Assembly (NCBI RefSeq): GCF_009914755.1
Contig: NC_060925.1
Source: the human T2T-CHM13v2.0 reference genome, Homo sapiens
Length of the DNA: 64,000 nt
Direction: 5' to 3' (one strand)
Part shown: one piece after another, positions 1 through 13,716 of the stretch
How positions within the stretch are numbered: position 1 is the stretch's first letter
How the letters are laid out: each line of letters starts with the position of its first letter
Position numbers and translations under genes: made by a program
Notes under the pieces: model-generated
The model's input: only the letters and a program-made list of their open reading frames with translations
Told to the model about the DNA's origin: nothing
Databases searched by the model: none

Positions 1-574
1 GGACCACTACCCAACCCTTCCCTAGCCTACGCCTCCATTACAGATGACCGCAAGATTTATTTGCTCATTGCTGCCAACCAAGGCTGCACTCACTGCAGTT
101 GCTATCAGTTTATCATGGGTAAAAGGAATGTGCAGTAGAGAACTAACTAACTGCCCACCTACCTCCACAATCCTATCAGGACAAATCACCATGGCTCACA
201 TTTCCTTACATTTGGCATGTAAGCCCCTCTTACTGTCTGTCATCTATCTCCTACACAGTTCACCTAAACTGTTCTCTCCTGACCCAACCTTGATTTTCAT
301 CCCAAATGCTTCCTTGCCATCTCTGGGATTCCTGTCTTCACCATCACCAAACTCCCCTCAATCTTCCAGTTTCCTGTTCAAACTTTTCTCCTACCTCCTT
401 GCTTTGTCATTAGCCCGACTGCCTCCCTAGGACATCACTTCCCCTGCAGATCTCTCAAGATGACAATATTTATTCTCCACACAGCACATACTTCAGGGTT
501 GGAAGGCAGGGGCAATCTTCTCCTTTATAATGAGTGCCTCTTATATATGTTTATTCATCTGCCCTCTTGTAAAA

Positions 575-594
575 CACACACACACACACACACA
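575..594 (+). repeat. (CA)10 microsatellite
   Basis: Direct reading. Confidence 0.95.
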
Positions 595-689
595 AAGAAG
601 AAATAAAATAACTCTGCTTCTTTGAAGCTTGTGACACTGAGATAAACCATCTCACTGTCCTCATTGTAGTGACCTCTCAACTCCTCATG

Positions 690-960
690 CAAGATTGGCT
701 TTGGCACCTAGTTCCTGATCTTCCTTTCCCTGTAAGCACTTCTCATAGTCTTACGGGACTTCACCATCCATGGCACAACCAATACCACAGCCCAGATCCT
801 CAGCTCTCCAATGACATTTTCCTCCACTAGACTTGAGCTACCTCCTTCCCTAGGCACAGCCTCAACCTCGACAACACCTAAGACTGTACCGTCTCTAAAG
901 TCACATGTTCAAACACTTCACTCTTTAACCACTGTCTCCTATTCTTGCAAGTGTATTGCT
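690..960 (+). mobile_element. Degenerate L2 ORF2 (endonuclease region) fragment
   Basis: GGGACTTCACCATCCA and CTCCAATGAC motifs resemble the L2 consensus; boundaries approximate. Confidence 0.5.
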
Positions 961-1001
961 CAAGTATCTCATTGCAATGCTTTTTACTTCTACCTCATTG
1001 A

Positions 1002-2136
<1,135 letters not shown>

Positions 2137-2477
2137 CTGTTGGCAGATATATCTTGCTTCCAAAATTGGATTTTTGTTTAATGAATTTATTCTGTTTTCT
2201 TGATATTTACAACTGTGAATGTTGTGTCTGAATTCTCTTTATTTCTTGTTGAAAAGAACTATATTGCTACAGCCAGTACATACAGATGGATAGCTAATTA
2301 CTCAACACGGGGGGATGTGACCATCACCGCACTGTGCAAATGAATGTTACCCATTGTCCACTTTTCCCAAACTACATAGTGTTATATGGTATATGACCCA
2401 ATCAACGGTGGCAAAGCTCCAGAAATACCACATAGACATCAGGGACACTTTAAACTAATCAGCCTATAGTCCTTTTT

Positions 2478-2610
2478 CAGTAATTTCCAAACCTGGTTGT
2501 GCATCCAAATCACTTGGTAACATTAAAAAAACAAAAAAATATACACGCAACATTCGCTCCCAATCCTACTGAATCAGAATATTTTGGGTTGGTTCAGGAA
2601 CATTCAGGAG
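2478..2610. mobile_element. MER5-like hAT-Charlie fragment
   Basis: CCTACTGAATCAGAA core motif. Confidence 0.5.
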
Positions 2611-2781
2611 TTTTTCAGGGTCCAAGGTTTATATAATTTGAGGTCTCTCTTTGAGAAAAGGAACGTAAAAGCGTCTTGCTTTTATAGATCTTACAAAGAT
2701 GTATTACCATGTAAACACATTCCTAGGACCCAGGCCCTTGTAATTTAAAGGTTTATCTAAGTAATGGGCCCTGAAGCTTAA

Positions 2782-3183
<402 letters not shown>

Positions 3184-3593
3184 CTTGTGTGGATGTTTTA
3201 AGCTCCCAGGTGAGTGAATACAAAACTAGATCTTTCCCTTCTGTAGCATCTGTACTGTTTACTCTATGCATCTCAATATTTTTTCTTTTAGTATCTTTCC
3301 TTTTTCTCTCTTATTACTTCCTCTTGTGCTATTTTTACACCTCCTTTTTTAAAAAATTTTTTCCCTTTTATTTCTATTGACCTTTAGCCCTCACAATGAT
3401 TCCTACAAGCCCCATTTCTGTAAATGGGGATTGAAATAATTGCTGGACTTTTGAGAGATAGATATATTAAATTGCAAACTGGCAGTAGTGGGGGCAGTTG
3501 ATACATAACTAGGTTTTAAAGTCTAGCCTTCTGAGACCACTCATTCCATTTGTGAAAAGTGATTCTACTTCTTATTATGAGCCAAAATATGCA

Positions 3594-3850
3594 TTCATTC
3601 ACCCATGCATTGATTTATTCATTCAATAAATATTTGTTGGATGTCCACTCTGTATCAGGAATGTGCTAGGTTCTGGGAATACAGCAATGAACAAGGTAAT
3701 TTTTCCCTACCCCTAAGGAACTTAGAGTTTAGTGGGGAAGACAGACATTAAACAAACAATTGTGCAAGTAATAATCTATAATTATTTATTACAATTAAAG
3801 GAAGGAAGAGACATATGGATTATGAGGGCATTAAAGAGGAGACCTAGTGT
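3594..3850 (-). mobile_element. L2 3' end fragment
   Basis: ATTCATTCAATAAATATTTGTTG...TGTGCTAGGTTCTGGGAATACAGCAATGAAC. Confidence 0.7.
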
Positions 3851-3876
3851 AAGTAGCCAGTTCTCGTGAAGGGACA

Positions 3877-4298
3877 TGTATTAGTTGGAGTTCTCCAGAG
3901 AAACAGAACCAATGGTGTGTGTGTGTGTGTGTGCGTGTGTGCGTGTGTGTGTTGGGGTGTGGGGGTGTGGTATTTTTTATAGAAATTGTCTCACACAATT
4001 ATGGAAGCTGAGAAGTCCCATGGCCTGCTGTCTACGAGCTGAGAACCAGGAAAGCCAGTGGAATACTTCAAAGTCCAAAGGCCCTAGAACCAAGAGTGCC
4101 AGTGTTGGAAGGCAGGAGAAGATGGGTGTCCCAGCTTAAAAAGACAGTGAATTCACTCTTTTTGCTCTACATAGGGCCTCAATGGGTTGGATCATGGCCA
4201 CCCACATTGGTGAAGGCAATCCTCTTAGTCTACCAATTAAATACTAATCTCTTTGGAAATACTCTCACAGACACACTGAGAAATAATGTTTTATCAGG
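3877..4298 (-). mobile_element. MLT2-type ERVL LTR with internal (TG)n at about 3915-3951
   Basis: TGTATTAG...TTCTCCAGAGAAACAGAACCAAT; CCCACATTGGTGAAGGC; CTCACAGACACAC. Confidence 0.8.
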
Positions 4299-4441
4299 GT
4301 GATAGAAATCTTCTGGAGTTAAACAATGGTGATAGCTGTACAATCACATACATTTTTAAAGGGTGCGTTTTATGGAAAGTGAGTTTTATCTAAATAAAAT
4401 TTCTAAGAAAGAGACTTAACACAGAGATAAACATAAGCACA

Positions 4442-4447
4442 TTTATT
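4442..4447 (-). terminator. SELE: Distal polyadenylation signal AATAAA of SELE
   Basis: Plus-strand TTTATT, followed on the minus strand by a GU/U-rich downstream element (about 4405-4427). Confidence 0.9.
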
Positions 4448-5275
4448 GTCAACCTTTATAGTGTTATGTCAAATAGGTCTGACATAAGCTTAAATAAATA
4501 TATACTTTAAAAATTATAAAATATTTTAAGTTATAATTTAAAATTCTCAATAAAACTCAAACACAAACCACACTGGTATTTCACACAGCTAATTTCTAAT
4601 GCAGTTTACATAAATATTTACAACACTTAAACAATTTCAAAGAAAATAACACTGTATTCCATACATAGCCTGATCACAGTAGTTGTTCTCTCTTATTTCC
4701 CAGAGTTTTTCTGCCCCTTTAAAAGAACCTCTGCTGTTCTGATCCTTATCACATCTCTGTTTTGACTGTTGGCTTTGTTGTTGCCAGTGTTCAGCCAGAA
4801 CTTCTCTGAAACTTTTTTTTCAACACATGCTAAGTTAATGGAAGTGTAGGAGAGTTTTGATTCTCACACTCCTCAAGGCTAGAGCAGCTTTGGCAATTAC
4901 TGACTGAGAATTTTTCATTGCCAGTGATCAACTGAAAACTGGAGATTCCTTTGGAATTGTTAAATCTGCTTATAAATAAACATAAATGCTTGCTCACACA
5001 GGCATTCCTCTCTTCCAGAGCACCCTAACATACAGAAGAAAACAAATAGGGAATAACTATTAGACATCTTCATTCGTTAAAAATCTACCAGATGACTCTT
5101 TTACATGGTGAGTTTCTATTGTGAATTTAAAATCTTCCATAATATACAAGAATTATGTTTACATATCATATCTGACAAACATCTTTGTAGGAATGCAAAG
5201 CACATCCATCTTTCTGTATTCTTTTCCAACAAAGACATTCATAAAATTATACCTTTGTGTGTTTGCATTTATGCT

Positions 5276-5439
5276 TTTATTAGTTCAAAACGTTTGGCCT
5301 CATGGAAGTTTTTCATCGTGGAAACCACATATTTCTGAAAAAATATCTGACAATATACAAACCTTCCATTCAGTTTTTACTCTCCAATTCTACCATGTTT
5401 TCAAAAAACAACTGTAGTAAAAACACTCAGAACTTTATT
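5276..5439 (-). terminator. SELE: Two proximal AATAAA signals (5434-5439 and 5276-5281), alternative polyadenylation
   Basis: Plus-strand TTTATT at both positions; alternative 3' processing of E-selectin mRNA is established. Confidence 0.75.
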
Positions 5440-6429
5440 CTGGTTAACATCATGCCTTGCTAGGGGACAATAGTTTCCCTTTTTGAAATAAATTTAAAAC
5501 AGATGTAACATAATTTGTTAATAAACAATGAGGGGGTAATCTAGAATAAGTAACTTTTACCATATCATAGTTGACAGCATTTACAAGTTTTTTAAGTCCC
5601 TACCACACTTGTATTGAATGAAGAAGTATGGAAGATTATAATATATTCAATGCAAGTAAAAATATCACAATCCTTAAGAACTCTTTAAGAAGCACTGAAT
5701 CCCATAGGGATGAAAGTGATTAAATTGTGCATAGTAACCCTCGCACAGAGCATTCAGTAGGATTTGCACCATTAACAACCCTCCATGCATTTGCCTGTGG
5801 GCATTCAACATCTGTCATTTTTTTAAGTTATAATATTTTTAGTCATTTTTTTCCTCTAAACTCTGGATAATTATTATTCATTCTTATGACAGCAACTGTG
5901 TAATCAGCTGTCGAAACACTGTGAAGGGCAAAAGAAAGAAAGCCACAAAATATTGTGTTTCTGTGCCAAGATTTTACAGCGAGCAAGGGAGAGTTAGAAA
6001 AGGAATTCTGAGATTTCAGAGTCTTGGTCTCTTCACCTTTGCTTGGAAGAAAATATCCTTTCCCTTCATTAGCCAACACTTTCTTGATCCTGAGAGTAGG
6101 AAAGGGAACACTGAGTCTTTTCAGTTGAAGGCCGTCCTTGCCTGCTGGACTTTGATCTATTGAAGTGGTGATGGGTGTTGCGGTTTCAGCCATAAAGGCA
6201 TCTGGCATAGTAGGCAAGAAGGGCCAGAGACCCGAGGAGAGTTATCTGTCTCTGTTAACTTCAGTGTATCCCTCTAGTTCCCCAGATGCACCTGTTTCTG
6301 TAAATATAAACATGCATGTCATCAGAACACTTAATATTCTGCATACTGATCATGACAACAAAATGTACCTTCTAACACAGACACTCTCACTAGGATAGAC
6401 CATGTAGGAACATCGAATTCTATTCAGTT

Positions 6430-6700
6430 AGGACAGTGATGATGTCTACATATTATACCTCTGTCAAAACCTACAGAATATACAACACAGCACAGAGTGA
6501 ATTCTAATGTAGCCTGTGGACATTAATGAATAATAATGTATCAATATTGGCCCATCAGTTGTAACACTAATATAAGATGTTAATAACAGGGGGAATTGAA
6601 GGGGTGGTGGGGAGATATGTTGGAACTCTTTGTGCTTTCTGCTCAATTTTTCTGTAAACTTAAAACCGCACACACAAAAAAAGTTATTTTAATTTTTTAA
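6430..6700 (+). mobile_element. Old L1M (L1MC-like) 3' end in SELE intron 13
   Basis: GTCAAAACCTACAGAATATACAACAC...CTGCTCAATTTTTCTGTAAACTTAAAAC. Confidence 0.7.
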
Positions 6701-6749
6701 AAAGTATTCAGAGGGACTTGACCTTTCCAAATTCTCTCAAAGCAGGTCG

Positions 6750-7240
<491 letters not shown>

Positions 7241-7531
7241 AGCTTAGAAAAATTCCCAGAATATAATAAGTGCAATGTAAGGGTCAGCTATCTTCATTAT
7301 TATTATCTATCATAAATGAAATTACACAATAAAGCTAGATCTGTTTCTTTCCTCTCCTTCTACAAAAAATAAAGCAACTTTCCAGAACAATACCCAGGTG
7401 ATGATTTCTCCCCTGCTCCCTCCCTAAGATATTGGCAAGTTTGGAGGGTTCAAGGAGAAACAGAGCATGTAGAGAAGATACCTCTCTCATAACCATTTGT
7501 GATTTACAAGTCTTACCTGATTCTTTTGAAC

Positions 7532-7589
7532 TTAAAGGATGTAAGAAGGCTTTTGGTAGCTTCCATCTGATTCAAGGCTTTGGCAGCTG
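7532..7589 (-). CDS. SELE: SELE exon 13 coding part (SCQSLESDGSYQKPSYIL*); whole exon 7517-7589
   Basis: TAA at 7534-7532, donor CAG|GTAAG at 7516. Confidence 0.96.
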
Positions 7590-7694
7590 CTGTGGAATAC
7601 ATGAGAACACTAGGTAAAGCACTGTCTTCCAACATGAAGAGAGAAAAATATGTGGAATGTTCAATGGCATGCTTTGTATAAGAATGCAACTTAC

Positions 7695-7716
7695 CTGGCA
7701 GGAACAAATTTCTTTG
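7695..7716 (-). CDS. SELE: SELE exon 12, 22-nt cytoplasmic micro-exon (AKKFVPAS)
   Basis: CAG|CAAAGAAATTTGTTCCTGCCAG|GTAAG; keeps the frame between exons 11 and 13. Confidence 0.95.
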
Positions 7717-8486
7717 CTGCAAAAGAAAAGACAAACAACCATTAATTCAGACTAAATGACTTTTAAGGATATATTAAATCCAGATACAATATGACTTAAT
7801 TCATCAAGTGTTGCAAACTCGATGCTTCAGGGCCTCTGTAATAATCAGAGCACAAGCATGGCTCTGTGGCATCTAGGGTAAAATGCAAAGTGCACAGCCA
7901 TCCAAAGGGCATAGCAGCTTCCTAATGCCAGCAAATAGCTACGGGGTCATCTTGCCCAATTCAGCTCCCAATTTTTCATGAGAAGTCCAAAGTCTTAATT
8001 TAAATGTGAGATTTCCTATTTTGTAAACGTCAGAACTTAACTCAAAAATGTTTTAAGTACTCTTAAACATGTAAGCCAAACAAACCATGAGTGTAGTCAG
8101 ATGTGCTTCCATATTCCTTATGAGAGACTCTCAAATTTAAGCCTGTACTCCAAATAAATCTCCTTAGGAAGAATTTTATCCATTTTCCTTAGAGTGCTCA
8201 TCATGGCAGTTCCATTGCACAATTCCGGGAGGCATCATATAATTCAACATGAATAGCACCCCCTGGAGTTGTACAATATTAGGCACGACTAACATTTTTA
8301 TTTCCTGAAACACTTCCCACACTGAGTTGTACTACTAACTCTTTTCTTAATACTTCTGCTTAATTATACTGCATTTTATCCAGATTCTAATTATTGTTTA
8401 AATCAGTAAGCAAGACCATGACTTATCAATGAGAAAGAAATGTATTTTCAAAAACATTTTTGAAGTACATTCATAAACTTCCTCAC

Positions 8487-8594
8487 CTTTCCGTAAGCAT
8501 TTCCGAAGCCAGAGGAGAAATGGTGCTAATGTCAGGAGGGAGAGTCCAGCAGCAGAAAGTCCAGCTACCAAGGGAATGTTGGACTCAGTGGGAG
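8487..8594 (-). CDS. SELE: SELE exon 11, transmembrane domain
   Basis: Manual translation PTESNIPLVAGLSAAGLSLLTLAPFLLWLRKCLRK; 108 nt; TAG/GTGAG. Confidence 0.97.
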
Positions 8595-9136
8595 CTAAGG
8601 AAGTAAGAGACGAAGAAAGGTCATGAGGAAGAATTGATGTTAAAGTCTCTCCGTCCTGTCCCTTTGGCCTTTTTTCTGTACATTCATTACTAGGAGCAGA
8701 AGAGCTATCTAGTTTAATACAAGAAGCAGAGATGTGGCATTACAGGCCTTTGAGATCTGCTCCAAGCCACCTTTGAAGCTATTTCCACCATTGGCAGGCA
8801 GAACTCTAACTTGCCAAGCTCGTTCACAATACCACACCACACCTTGGTTAATAAACACTGCACTTGCTTGCTCTCTTGCTCTCACTCCCTCTTGTTTTCC
8901 ATTTCCCCTTTCTCCTCTCCTCTCTCTGTCTCCTTTTTCCAGTTGTCAGAATTCTACCCTTTCCATCAACATGCAACTTCTGTTTTTTCTCTATCCCCAT
9001 ACAACTTAATATTCACAACTTGTCAACCTGGGCGAACTTTCTGGTTTGGATATAATGAATAGTTGATTACTGTAACAAGATAGCTCCCCCTTTTTCTTTT
9101 TAATCACCAGACAACCACCATCAATCAATGCATCAC

Positions 9137-9313
9137 CTTCACAGGTAGGTAGCAGGCCAGACCAGTGTCCTGTGGCTCCACATGTCCGAGCTGCAGAGCC
9201 ATTGAGCGTCCATCCTTCAGGACAGGCGAACTTGCACACAGTGCCAAACACGGGCTCCCCACTGCAGCTCATGTTGATCTTTCCCGGAACTGCCAGGCTT
9301 GAACATTTTACCA
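9137..9313 (-). CDS. SELE: SELE exon 10, CCP/sushi 6
   Basis: ORF 9006..9332 [10 protein letters not shown]...WSGLLPTCE; 177 nt. Confidence 0.98.
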
Positions 9314-9526
9314 CTGCAAATGTTAGGTACACAGGCAGAGTTTCAGAAAAATCTACTGGAAAACTTCCAAAACTTGCTTAAAAGTCAACAATGAATGTAA
9401 AGTGTAAGCGCTACTTAGTTTTCAGCATGTAGGAAATTAGGACCAAACCCCTTTGGGGCAATCTAGGTTCAGAAACTTTATGAAGTATTTGACCTGTACC
9501 CTAAAAAAGTCTGCACTCAATTCTAC

Positions 9527-9715
9527 CTTGGCAGGAAGGAACCTCTTCTGTCCATTGTCCCTGAGATGTGCACTCAAGTTGAGTTGATCCATGTAATTCA
9601 AATCCCTCCTCACAGCTGAAGGCACAAGAGGACTTGTAGGTGAATTCTCCAATAGGGGAATGAGCACACCTCACCAAACCCTTCGGGGGCTGGTGGACAG
9701 CATCGCATCTCACAG
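9527..9715 (-). CDS. SELE: SELE exon 9, CCP/sushi 5
   Basis: ORF 9501..9713 RCDAVHQP...WTEEVPSCQ; 189 nt. Confidence 0.98.
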
Positions 9716-9845
9716 CTGGAACACACGAGAGAGCACTTTAGAAGTTTGTTTGCATCTCCAGCAATACGTTTCCCAAGGTAACCAAGTTCCCAAGCTCTTC
9801 AATAGTTCTTTTTATCTTAAAATAAAATAAAAACAAAGACTGTAC

Positions 9846-10034
9846 CTTCACATGTGGGCTTCTCGTTGTCCCACTCCCCTGTGGGGCCACATTGGAGCCT
9901 TTTGGATCCCTTCAACACAAAACCCTGCTCACAGGAGAACTCACAGCTGGACCCATAACGGAAACTGCCAGAAGCACTAGGAAGACAATTCATGTAGCCT
10001 CGCTCGGGGTTGGACAAGGCTGTGCACTGGAAAG
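9846..10034 (-). CDS. SELE: SELE exon 8, CCP/sushi 4
   Basis: ORF 9817..10206 FQCTALSNP...WDNEKPTCE; 189 nt. Confidence 0.98.
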
Positions 10035-10973
10035 CTGAGACATCAAAATGATGGTCAGAAAATATTGCAGTGGAACTAGAGAGTACTTGGCGTTTGTTGA
10101 GTGAACCCAGTTCATTCAAGCAACACTTGGAGAACTGAAGATTCTTTATAATTCCCTGGACAAATGGGAAGATGGCTGTGTTTTCTTTGAATTTCAGCCC
10201 CCTCACTGATCATGGCACTAATTAAAAGACTAATTAATCAGAACATTAGTTCCTGAGCACTGTTCTTCTAACACACAAAATAAATTATGGTCCAAGGAAA
10301 GATTTCACGCAGTCTGAGGACAACATATGGGTCATGGATGTTTATAGATGGTGCCAAAAAGAAAGAAAAGAAAGCACCCCTATAAAATTTGTCTGTTTTG
10401 CAGTTTGGTTTTTGTGTTATGTTTTGCTACTGGAAATCATTCTGTGCTGGCTTTGGCTAGGACAAGGCCAGTGCCTGATAGTAAAAACTGCTTGTTTTCA
10501 ATATCCTTGCTCTCACTTTAAAGTGAATTAAAATTTACTGCTTATATATGCATCAATACTATCTCTGTAGCTGACACCATGCTTGAAACAGTCTCATCAC
10601 TGCTAATTATGAGCCATTTCAGAAGACAGGTGTGATGAGAGTTTTACATTCAAATCATGTTCTCATTATTCTGCTTTCCGAATTTTCTAATATGATTCCT
10701 TTAGATTAAGAATTCTGTCTATTCCATGCTAATGTCTACAAAGTTTTATCAGCACATCACAGTTAAAAAAAAACAGCAAAGAATTCATTCTTAACACATA
10801 TGATCCTTTCCCTGGCCAAACATTAGTTCTTTTAAATGAATCTCAAAGATACGAGGGTTGCTCATCAAATCTGATTTCTATAGTTAAAGTGGGTATTGGT
10901 TTTTTTTTTCACTGTCCAAGTTTGAAGATGGTTGTTCTTTAAGAAAGTATAAATCGAAGGATCTCAAGCTTAC

Positions 10974-11162
10974 CTTCACAAACTGGGATTTGCTGTGTCC
11001 ACTGCCCTTGAGTGGTGCATTCAACCTGGGCTGGTCCCTGCAACATGAAGCCTTCCTCACAGGTGAAGTTGCAGGATGATTTGAAGGTGAACTCTCCAGC
11101 AGGGGAATGGCTGCACCTCACAGAGCCATTCTGAGGCTGGCGGACGGCCCTGCATGTCACAG
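10974..11162 (-). CDS. SELE: SELE exon 7, CCP/sushi 3
   Basis: ORF 10939..11193 VTCRAVRQP...WTQQIPVCE; 189 nt. Confidence 0.98.
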
Positions 11163-11275
11163 CTGTAACAAATATACGCATTGATATTAGCACGGCCTAG
11201 AATTAGCTTGCCCATTTCCAGTATGGGTTGAGAGAAAGAATGTTCACAGTAAGTCTCCATGTGGAACAACTCTAC

Positions 11276-11461
11276 CTTTACACGTTGGCTTCTCGTTGTC
11301 CCAATTCCCAGATGAGGTACACTGAAGGCTCTGGGCTCCCATTAGTTCAAATCCTTCTTCACAGTCAAATGTACAGGTTGTGTTCCATGGGAAGCTTCCA
11401 GGGTTTTGGAAACATTCCACGAACCCATTGGCTGGATTTGTCACAGCATCACACTCAACCA
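11276..11461 (-). CDS. SELE: SELE exon 6, CCP/sushi 2
   Basis: ORF 11244..11462 VECDAVTNP...WDNEKPTCK; 186 nt. Confidence 0.98.
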
Positions 11462-12219
11462 CTGAGGATTTGAAAGAGCACCATGAATTTTACAGAAGAA
11501 TGATCTTTTCACTTCCTATTGAGCTGGGTGCCTAACAGAGTGAGGAAGCTGCCTTCAAAGGGTAGATTCCAAAGTCCTATGTCAATTCTTAGGGACATGC
11601 ACAGCCAGAATAAAAGCTTTTATTCTTTTTCATGGATATTCTATCTTTTCTGATTTCCACTTTGCCTATGCTGAGTGGTCTCTAATCTATGTTATCATTT
11701 ACGTGAGGTAAAAATTTAAAAAAAATAGATTCCAGATTAGGAGTTATGACTAGTACTGACATACGTAGGCTATTCATTTATTTTAGCCCATCAGAGCCTG
11801 AAGAACTGATTTTTCTTTTTTTGGCCTCTGGTTCAGAAAGATAAAATTAAGAGAGAAAAAGAGATACTAAGACTGCTTGACTATCATGGTCTTAAGTTAG
11901 TCCCATGGCTTGGAAAAGTTAAACAGGGAAACAAGATGAGAAATCCATTGAGATTTCTAGAGCTTTATTGTTTTATGGTCTCCCTTACAAATCACCAGAG
12001 CCTCAGAAACACCCATTTCAAGCATAGAATAAAAAAACCTCTCTCAACCCAAGCAGGTACTGGGTTGGCAATATACATTGGCTGAGAGAACAAATTGTAT
12101 TAAAAACAAAAACAAAAAAAAAACTTTCCCTGAAGTTTTGAAAATGTAAGTTGAATCAAAAAACAGAAGCAATGAGGGATGAGTTACAGAACGTTCTGTG
12201 CATTCTCAGAGGGATTTAC

Positions 12220-12405
12220 CATTGCAGGCTGGAATAGGAGCACTCCATTCTCCAGAGGACATACACTGCATGGTCTCCATGCTGCTTGGCAGGTAACCCC
12301 TATCACAGCTGATAGAGCAGGAAGAATTGTAGCTGAAGTTTCCCAGTGGGTGACTGCAAACCAGGCTTCCATGCTCAGGGGATTCCAGGGCTGTACAGTT
12401 CACAA
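12220..12405 (-). CDS. SELE: SELE exon 5, CCP/sushi 1
   Basis: ORF 12206..12403 [11 protein letters not shown]...WSAPIPAC; 186 nt; CAG/GTAAAT. Confidence 0.98.
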
Positions 12406-12858
12406 CTGAAAAAGAAACCCAAATCAGTTCTGCTCATCTCTCACCTTTAACAGATAAGAACACTGAAAACTAGAACTACAGTTTGGTTTTTTTTTTTTTT
12501 AGTTTAAAAATTTATAAAATTTCTAATGGAATTTGTAAAATTGACTGTAATTCTACCCCTTTTCTTTTATTCAAGAAAATGCTGATCCATAACAACAACA
12601 ACAAAAAAGCAGTGATGACAACCATAAAAAAGAAATATTGAGTGATATGGGGAGAGTAGTGTAATTGTGTTTACCTCAAAACTGTTCAAATTATATGAAC
12701 AAACACAGCAAACTTAGGTACCACAACAAATTTCTTGTTACTTTTCTCACAACTGCTAAAAATACTACAGTAAGCTTCCAACCAGGATGAGAACCATTCA
12801 CAAAGCTATATTTCAAATTTAAGTACTAGAATACATTACAAATTTTAAAACCCTAATG

Positions 12859-13055
12859 CTGCACTGTCTACTATAGTAGCCACTATCTGTGGCTACTTGA
12901 ATTCGTTGAAATCAAATAACATTTAAAATTCAGTTCCTCAGTGTCACCAGCCACATTTCAAGTACTCAATAACCACATGTGGCTCATAGGTACACACTGG
13001 AAAACACAGCTATGGAACATTTCCATTATCACAAAAGCTCTACTGCACAACGCTG
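12859..13055 (-). mobile_element. MER3 (hAT-Charlie) DNA transposon in intron 4
   Basis: AAAATTCAGTTCCTCAG..CCAGCCACATTTCAAGTACTCAATAACCACATGTGGCT..GAACATTTCCAT. Confidence 0.75.
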
Positions 13056-13289
13056 TGCTAAGGAATCTTGGAGAGAAGCTCATCTAACTCTCTTAATGTA
13101 CAAATTTAGGAACTGAGACCTCATTTCATTCAAGCGACTTGCTCCATGCTACACGGCTAGTCATTACAGAGCCAGAGGCCAGAGCATGAACCAAGATACC
13201 CTGGACTCTGTAACTCACTCATTTCTACTGCAACGTCTTGTTACCACCTAGATGAGGTGAGTACATGTTCCTCGCAGGGACACAGAATT

Positions 13290-13470
13290 ACAGTTTATTG
13301 AATGTGTCCTGTGTGCCAGGCACCATGTAACCATGAGCCTATGAAGTTCACACTATTATTATCCTCATTTTACAATGAGAAAACTGACATAGAGAGTTAA
13401 ACTATCTTGTCAAGGTGCCAAAATAAATAACTGGTGAATCTAGGACTCAAACCCAGCAGGGTCTGACTTC
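13290..13470 (-). mobile_element. MIR
   Basis: TTTATTGAATG..TGTGCCAGGCAC..CATTTTACAATGAGAAAACTGA. Confidence 0.7.
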
Positions 13471-13608
13471 ATAGTCTCAGCTCACGATCACCATATGACA
13501 CCATCTGCACCAGGGAAGGGAAGGCATGCAGACCTGACTCTAATGCCAGCTAGGACGTGAGATGGTGCTACCATCTCAAGTGAAGAAAGAGGCAAGAACC
13601 AGACTTAC

Positions 13609-13716
13609 TTTGCTCACACTTGAGTCCACTGAAGCCAGGGTCACACTTGCAAGTGTAATTATTGATGGTCTCTACACATTCACCGTGGCCACTGCAGGAT
13701 GTATTGGTACAGGCAG
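13609..13716 (-). CDS. SELE: SELE exon 4, EGF-like domain
   Basis: Manual translation [35 protein letters not shown]; 108 nt; AG/GTAAGT; not in the ORF track. Confidence 0.98.

Larger units (their letters stand above)
4428..6297 (-). other. SELE: SELE exon 14, 3'UTR (about 1.87 kb) with 8 AUUUA motifs
   Basis: Acceptor CAG at 6300-6298; plus-strand TAAAT at 4491, 4495, 4611, 4961, 4973, 4983, 5489, 5721. Confidence 0.9.

Noticed and set aside
44-430. 128-aa Ser/Leu/Pro-rich ORF
   Set aside because: Composition reflects pyrimidine-rich, probably old repeat-derived DNA; no splice or domain support.
5843-6217. 124-aa minus-strand ORF in the SELE last exon
   Set aside because: It lies downstream of the stop codon in the 3'UTR, with no recognisable domain or other support.
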